DNA of 57,675 nucleotides from an uncultured bacterium (GTDB lineage: Bacteria > Omnitrophota > Gorgyraeia > Duberdicusellales > CBEUCJ01): NCBI GenBank assembly GCA_965541615.1, contig CBEUCJ010000006.1, forward strand, positions 1-57,675, read 5' to 3'. The notes beneath the pieces are model-generated. The model did no database searches. It worked only from the letters and a program-made list of their open reading frames with translations, and was not told the DNA's origin. A program made the position numbers and the translations under genes. Shown here piece after piece: positions 53,657 through 57,675 of this stretch (position 1 is its first letter; each line of letters opens with the position of its first letter).

Positions 53657-54228
53657 CAGCAAAGGTACATTAGTATACACTTTTATAATCACTACTTTTC
53701 ATACTTCCAGCTAACCATCCTAATTAACTGATGGCAAATTCAAGATTTTATCACATAAATTAGGTTCTTTTTCTTTAAGGAGTTGATAAGGAGATTATTA
53801 AAGAATAAAAAGATAAGCATAACTTTTAATAAAGAAATCATCTTGATCATCAAATCTTTCACATTCATAGAATTCATCTTCAATTATCTTATGAAAACCT
53901 CAATATCAGAGTTAAATGTAGGATTCCTTGTAAAGTATTCTTTGATGTTCTATATTGTTTTCTTTATCTTAAAAATATCAGTTTGGTGTTTATTATATTA
54001 GTAGGCTGGTAAATTGAATGGTTTGTTTGGGAATTATTTAAATTTCCTTTTTTTCTTAATTTTTTCCTCAAAGATAGATTTACTTTAGAGGAAGAAGGAA
54101 TCTTCTTTATTTTCTTGTTAGAAAAAACCTTTAATCTTGATGCGTGCTTTTTTAACCTTTTAAATAGCTTCTTATCAAAAAATGATAGGGGTTTTAGGTG
54201 TATAATCAGGTGCCTTTACTTTTCTTTT
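53657..54228 (-). mobile_element. Internally deleted (non-autonomous, MITE-like) copy of the IS481-like element
   Basis: 53657-53960 aligns with 7212-7520, and 53965-54228 aligns with 8395-8662. The ~0.88-kb transposase core is missing. Terminal repeats are degenerate (ACATTAGTATACAC at 53667-53680 and GTGTATAATCAGGT at 54198-54211). Confidence 0.8.
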
Positions 54229-54244
54229 CTACTTTATTTTCTTC

Positions 54245-54274
54245 TTGACAAAGTAAATTTTTTTTAAATAATAT
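54245..54274 (+). promoter_or_regulatory. Putative sigma70-type promoter upstream of the gltB-like gene leader
   Basis: TTGACA (54245-54250), an 18-nt spacer, then TAATAT (54269-54274). Confidence 0.35.
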
Positions 54275-54306
54275 TAGAAAACTACAACGAGGTAGTTAAA
54301 GCAAAG

Positions 54307-54360
54307 AAGCTCAGGGAGCAAAGGAGCTCAAAAAATAGCACCCTGAGCTTTTTTATTTTT
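54307..54360 (+). terminator. Rho-independent-terminator-like hairpin inside the 5' leader (attenuator, or the displaced terminator of the upstream operon)
   Basis: AAGCTCAGGG (54307-54316) pairs with CCCTGAGCTT (54341-54350), giving a 10-bp stem. It is followed by TTTTTTATTTTT, ending 30 nt before the RBS/ATG of 54390. Confidence 0.5.
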
Positions 54361-54389
54361 ATGAGTATTTTATAAAAGGAGGTGGAAAA

Positions 54390-55979
54390 ATGCCTAATTT
54401 AAGAAGGCCTAATGCTAATGATGCTACACTAACTTTTAATCGCTCAAGAAATCCTGTTCCTTTTTCAGGTCTTTGTTCAAAATGTGTCGATGGATGCACA
54501 GGAGGATGTGAAGTTTGGCTTGCATCATTTAGAGGAAGAGAAGTCTTATACCCTCAACCATTTGGAGAGATAACTGCAGGAGCAGATAAGAACTATCCTG
54601 TAGATTACTCTCATCTAAATATTCAAGGATATGCAAGAGGAGCAAAAGGATTACCTGAAGGTGCAGGTCCTGATGAAGCTATATTTTCAAATGTTGATAC
54701 TACTACAGAATATGGATGGGAGAAAAAGGTAAAAATGAAACTGCCTATCTTTACAGGAGCTTTAGGTTCTACAGAAATTGCTCGTAAAAACTGGGAACAT
54801 TTTGCAGTAGGTGCAGCAATCTCAGGGATTACAATTGTGTGTGGTGAAAATGTATGTGGGATGGATCCTCAACTTGAGCTTACTTCTGATAAAAAAGTTA
54901 AAAAGTCTCCAGAGATGGATAGAAGAATAGAGATTTATAAAAGGTTTCATGAAGGTTGGGGAGAGATTCTTGTTCAGGTAAATGTTGAAGATACAAGATT
55001 AGGAGTTCCTGAGTACCTTATAGATAAACATAAATTAGAAACGATTGAAATTAAATGGGGACAGGGTGCAAAATCTATAGGTGGAGAGGTAAAATTGAAA
55101 ACAATAGAAAGAGCTTTAGAACTTAAAAAAAGAGGATACATAGTTTTACCTGATCCTGAAGACCCTGCAGTTAAAGAAGCCTATAAAAAAGGAGCAATCA
55201 GAGAGTTTGAAAGACATTCAAGATTGGGATTTGTAGATAAAGAATCTTTTTTAAAAGAAATAGAGAGATTAAGAAAATTAGGTTTTAAAAGAATTACATT
55301 AAAAACTGGTGCCTATTCTGCAGTAGATTTAGCAATAGCTTTAAGATTAGGAGCAGAAGCAAAACTCGATTTAATTACAATAGATGGTGCTGGTGGAGGA
55401 ACAGGAATGAGTCCTTGGCCTATGATGAATGAATGGGGGATTCCTACATTTTACCTTGAGTGTTTAGCATACCAATTTGCAAAGAAATTAGAGAATTCTG
55501 GATTTAAAGTCCCTGATATTGCAATTGCTGGAGGTTTTTCTACTGAAGATGGAATATTTAAAGCAATAGCTTTAGGCGCTCCTTTTGTTAAAGCAGTATG
55601 TATGGGAAGAGCATTGATGATTCCAGGAATGGTAGGAAAAAACATTGATAAGTGGCTTAAAGAAGGCAATTTGCCAAAAACTGTTTCTAAATATGGAAAT
55701 AGTGTTGAGGAAATATTTATCTGTTATGAAGAGTTAAAAGAAAAATATGGAACAAGAATCAAAGAGATTCCTTTAGGAGCAATAGCTATGTATACATTCT
55801 CTCAAAAGATAAAAATAGGTTTACAACAATTGATGGCAGGAAGCAGAAACTTCAAACTTTCAACTATATCTCGCTCTGATTTAATAGCTTTAACTGAAGA
55901 AGCAGCAAAAATTTCTGGGATTCCCTATGTAATGGATGCTTACAGAGAAGAAGCAGAAAAGATTTTAGAAGAAAAATAG
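54390..55979 (+). CDS. FMN-binding glutamate synthase family protein (GltB domain-2-like) with an N-terminal Cys cluster
   Basis: CSKCVDGCTGGCEV, IDGAGGGTGMSPW, and IAGGFSTEDGIFKAIALGAPFV...GRA. Strong RBS AAGGAGGTGG. Confidence 0.8.
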   Translation: MPNLRRPNANDATLTFNRSRNPVPFSGLCSKCVDGCTGGCEVWLASFRGREVLYPQPFGEITAGADKNYPVDYSHLNIQGYARGAKGLPEGAGPDEAIFSNVDTTTEYGWEKKVKMKLPIFTGALGSTEIARKNWEHFAVGAAISGITIVCGENVCGMDPQLELTSDKKVKKSPEMDRRIEIYKRFHEGWGEILVQVNVEDTRLGVPEYLIDKHKLETIEIKWGQGAKSIGGEVKLKTIERALELKKRGYIVLPDPEDPAVKEAYKKGAIREFERHSRLGFVDKESFLKEIERLRKLGFKRITLKTGAYSAVDLAIALRLGAEAKLDLITIDGAGGGTGMSPWPMMNEWGIPTFYLECLAYQFAKKLENSGFKVPDIAIAGGFSTEDGIFKAIALGAPFVKAVCMGRALMIPGMVGKNIDKWLKEGNLPKTVSKYGNSVEEIFICYEELKEKYGTRIKEIPLGAIAMYTFSQKIKIGLQQLMAGSRNFKLSTISRSDLIALTEEAAKISGIPYVMDAYREEAEKILEEK

Positions 55980-56008
55980 TATTTTAATTTTAAGAGCAAA
56001 GAGCATTT

Positions 56009-57112
56009 GTGGCGAAGACTGCTTTATTATATCATGAAGATTTAAAAGGATATAGTTTTGGAGAAAATCATCCTTTCCAAGGGAACAGATTTTTAATATT
56101 CTGGGATTTTTTTCAAAAGGCTTTTTCTCCTTTTAAAGATAAATTTGAAATTATAAAACCTGAACCAGCTCAAGATGATCTTTTAAAATTAGTCCACACC
56201 CAAGATTACATTGAAGCAGTAAAATATGCATCTTCAGGGTTATATATTTCAAACATCTTTAATTACTTTAGTTCAGATAACCTTAACCCTTTAACCTACC
56301 AGCTTCCTGAAGGAATAGATAAACCTGCAAGATTAATTGTTGGAGCTTCTGTAAAAGCAGCCAGTTTAGTAGCAGAAGGTAAATTTAAAAAAGCAATTAG
56401 TATTGGAGGAGGACTTCACCATGCAAAGCCTGATTTTGGAGAAGGTTTCTGTATTTATAATGATGTGGCTGTTGCTGTTAAATATCTTAAAGAAAAGTTT
56501 GGTTTCAAAAAAATTTTAGTCTTAGATACAGATGCTCATGCAGGAAATGGAACAAAAGAAATTTTTTATACAGATAATGAAGTTTTATTTATCGATATCC
56601 ATCAAGACCCCAAAACTATCTATCCTGGTTCAGGATTTATCTATGAGATTGGAGAAAACAAAGGTAAAGGCTTTACAGTTAATATTCCTTTGCCTCAGAG
56701 AACTTCTAATTTAGCCTATAAAACTGTTTTTGAGAAGATAATCATTCCTTTAGCAGAAGAGTTTAACCCTCAAATAATCATAAGATATGGAGGCTCAGAC
56801 CCCCATTATTTAGATGAGTTGACAGATTTAGGATTAACTTTAGATGGTTTTAAAATGATAGGTGATTATGTAAGAAAAATAGCAGAAAAAATTTGTCAAG
56901 GAAAAGTAGTCGATTTAATAACTTCTGGATATAATCTAAAAATCTTACCCTTTGCCTGGACTTCTTTAATTTGTGGATTATTAGATTTAGATATGGATTT
57001 TAATTTAGAAGAAAAGGGAGCTCCTCCCCCTGACACAGGACTTAAAGAAACAGAGATTATAATTGAAGAATTAAAAAATCTTCTTAAAAAATTCTGGAAG
57101 TGTTTTTCTTAA
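56009..57112 (+). CDS. Histone deacetylase-family protein (AcuC / acetylpolyamine amidohydrolase-like)
   Basis: GGGLHHAKPDFGEGFCIYNDVAVA and LDTDAHAGNGT zinc and active-site motifs. GTG start. Confidence 0.85.
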   Translation: MAKTALLYHEDLKGYSFGENHPFQGNRFLIFWDFFQKAFSPFKDKFEIIKPEPAQDDLLKLVHTQDYIEAVKYASSGLYISNIFNYFSSDNLNPLTYQLPEGIDKPARLIVGASVKAASLVAEGKFKKAISIGGGLHHAKPDFGEGFCIYNDVAVAVKYLKEKFGFKKILVLDTDAHAGNGTKEIFYTDNEVLFIDIHQDPKTIYPGSGFIYEIGENKGKGFTVNIPLPQRTSNLAYKTVFEKIIIPLAEEFNPQIIIRYGGSDPHYLDELTDLGLTLDGFKMIGDYVRKIAEKICQGKVVDLITSGYNLKILPFAWTSLICGLLDLDMDFNLEEKGAPPPDTGLKETEIIIEELKNLLKKFWKCFS

Positions 57113-57273
57113 AGATTTAATAAAATTTTATTTTTAGCTTTGGAAGGTAAAAGTATTGAATTTAATCCTGTATTTTCTGAGAAAAATTTTGAGGTTAAGA
57201 TACCTGCAGATTGGGTAAAAGTAAAAAAACAGTATCTTGATTGTGAGTTTTTAGATACAAAATTCTAAGGATA

Positions 57274-57675
57274 ATGAGAAAAAATAAAATTCTCTTTATA
57301 ATTAGTAGCTTAGGAATATTATTTATCTCTTCTTTTCTAATAAGCTGGAGTCCTCAAAATAATTCTAAAAAAGAGATAATTTCTGCAACAGGAACTATAA
57401 AATATATCCCTTTAGAAGGCGGATTTTACGGAATTATAACAGATAAAGGAGAAAAATATTTGCCATTGAATTTACCAGATGAATTTAAAAAAGACAGATT
57501 AAAAGTTTGGTTTAAAGCAAGACCAAAAAAGATTGTCACAATTCAAATGTGGGGAGAGCCAGTTGAGATTTTGGAGATTAAGCTTATCGAGAAAATACAA
57601 AATCTTTCTCAAATAAAAGTTGCAATCCTTTATGAAAGAATAACAGATGGTATTTATCATCCCTCAAAAATAAGA
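57274..57675 (+). CDS. Hypothetical secreted protein, 3' partial
   Basis: ATG 57274 is preceded by AAGGA. Signal-peptide-like N-terminus (MRKNKILFIISSLGILFISSFLISW). 134 codons with no stop up to the right edge of the window. Not in the supplied ORF track because it has no stop. Confidence 0.55.
   Translation, partial: MRKNKILFIISSLGILFISSFLISWSPQNNSKKEIISATGTIKYIPLEGGFYGIITDKGEKYLPLNLPDEFKKDRLKVWFKARPKKIVTIQMWGEPVEILEIKLIEKIQNLSQIKVAILYERITDGIYHPSKIR

Noticed and set aside
57141-57267. A 42-codon TTG-initiated ORF (LEGKSIEFNPVFSEKNFEVKIPADWVKVKKQYLDCEFLDTKF) between the deacetylase gene and the last partial gene.
   Set aside because: It is short, with a non-ATG start, no clear RBS and no recognisable motif. 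It cannot be supported as a gene from sequence alone.
1-57675. Scan of the short intergenic regions for rRNA, tRNA, tmRNA and CRISPR arrays.
   Set aside because: Intergenic spaces are short (mostly under 150 nt). None shows tRNA-like cloverleaf arms or repeat-spacer periodicity. The only long non-coding stretches are explained by the IS copies.

Overview
The window is about 70% AT, densely coded, and almost entirely transcribed on the + strand. The only clear minus-strand coding is an IS transposase. Many adjacent genes overlap by 4 nt (ATGA/GTGA), which suggests translational coupling.

Gene content, left to right:
- 1-7.2 kb: a sugar-uptake and glycan-degradation locus. It holds a 5'-partial solute-binding protein, two MalF/MalG-type permeases, two stand-alone GH2-type TIM-barrel hydrolases and a secreted protein made of two copies of an unassigned ~185-aa module.
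- 7.2-8.7 kb: an IS481-like element with a frameshifted transposase. An internally deleted copy of it lies at 53.66-54.23 kb.
- 8.7-12.1 kb: a ROK regulator, a membrane-anchored coiled-coil protein and a LacI regulator.
- 12.1-32.0 kb (the accessory part):
  - a 1333-aa GGDEF-STAND ATPase-HEAT protein;
  - a stand-alone MshEN-type domain protein, a predicted c-di-GMP receptor;
  - a PilB/GspE ATPase that lacks this N-domain, plus a second full-length PilB/GspE;
  - four paralogous secreted beta-helix proteins. The last two share near-identical 5' and 3' ends around divergent cores;
  - nucleotidyltransferase and HEPN/MNT genes, PilC/GspF, and three pseudopilin-like genes, one fused to a six-bladed propeller.
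- 32.1-47.7 kb: a complete dcw cluster in the order mraZ-rsmH-ftsL-ftsI-murE-murF-mraY-murD-ftsW-murG-murC-murB-ddl-ftsQ-ftsA. Three GTGGG MraZ boxes sit in front of it. No ftsZ follows ftsA.
- 47.7-53.6 kb: an AddA/AddB-like helicase-nuclease pair.
- 54.4-57.7 kb: a GltB-like FMN protein behind a leader that contains a terminator-like hairpin, an HDAC/AcuC-type deacetylase, and a 3'-partial secreted protein.

I saw no rRNA, tRNA or CRISPR array. The organism is probably an uncultured AT-rich diderm bacterium with DAP-type peptidoglycan. A candidate-phylum origin such as Omnitrophota is only a guess. All family assignments come from motif recognition by eye, not from searches.
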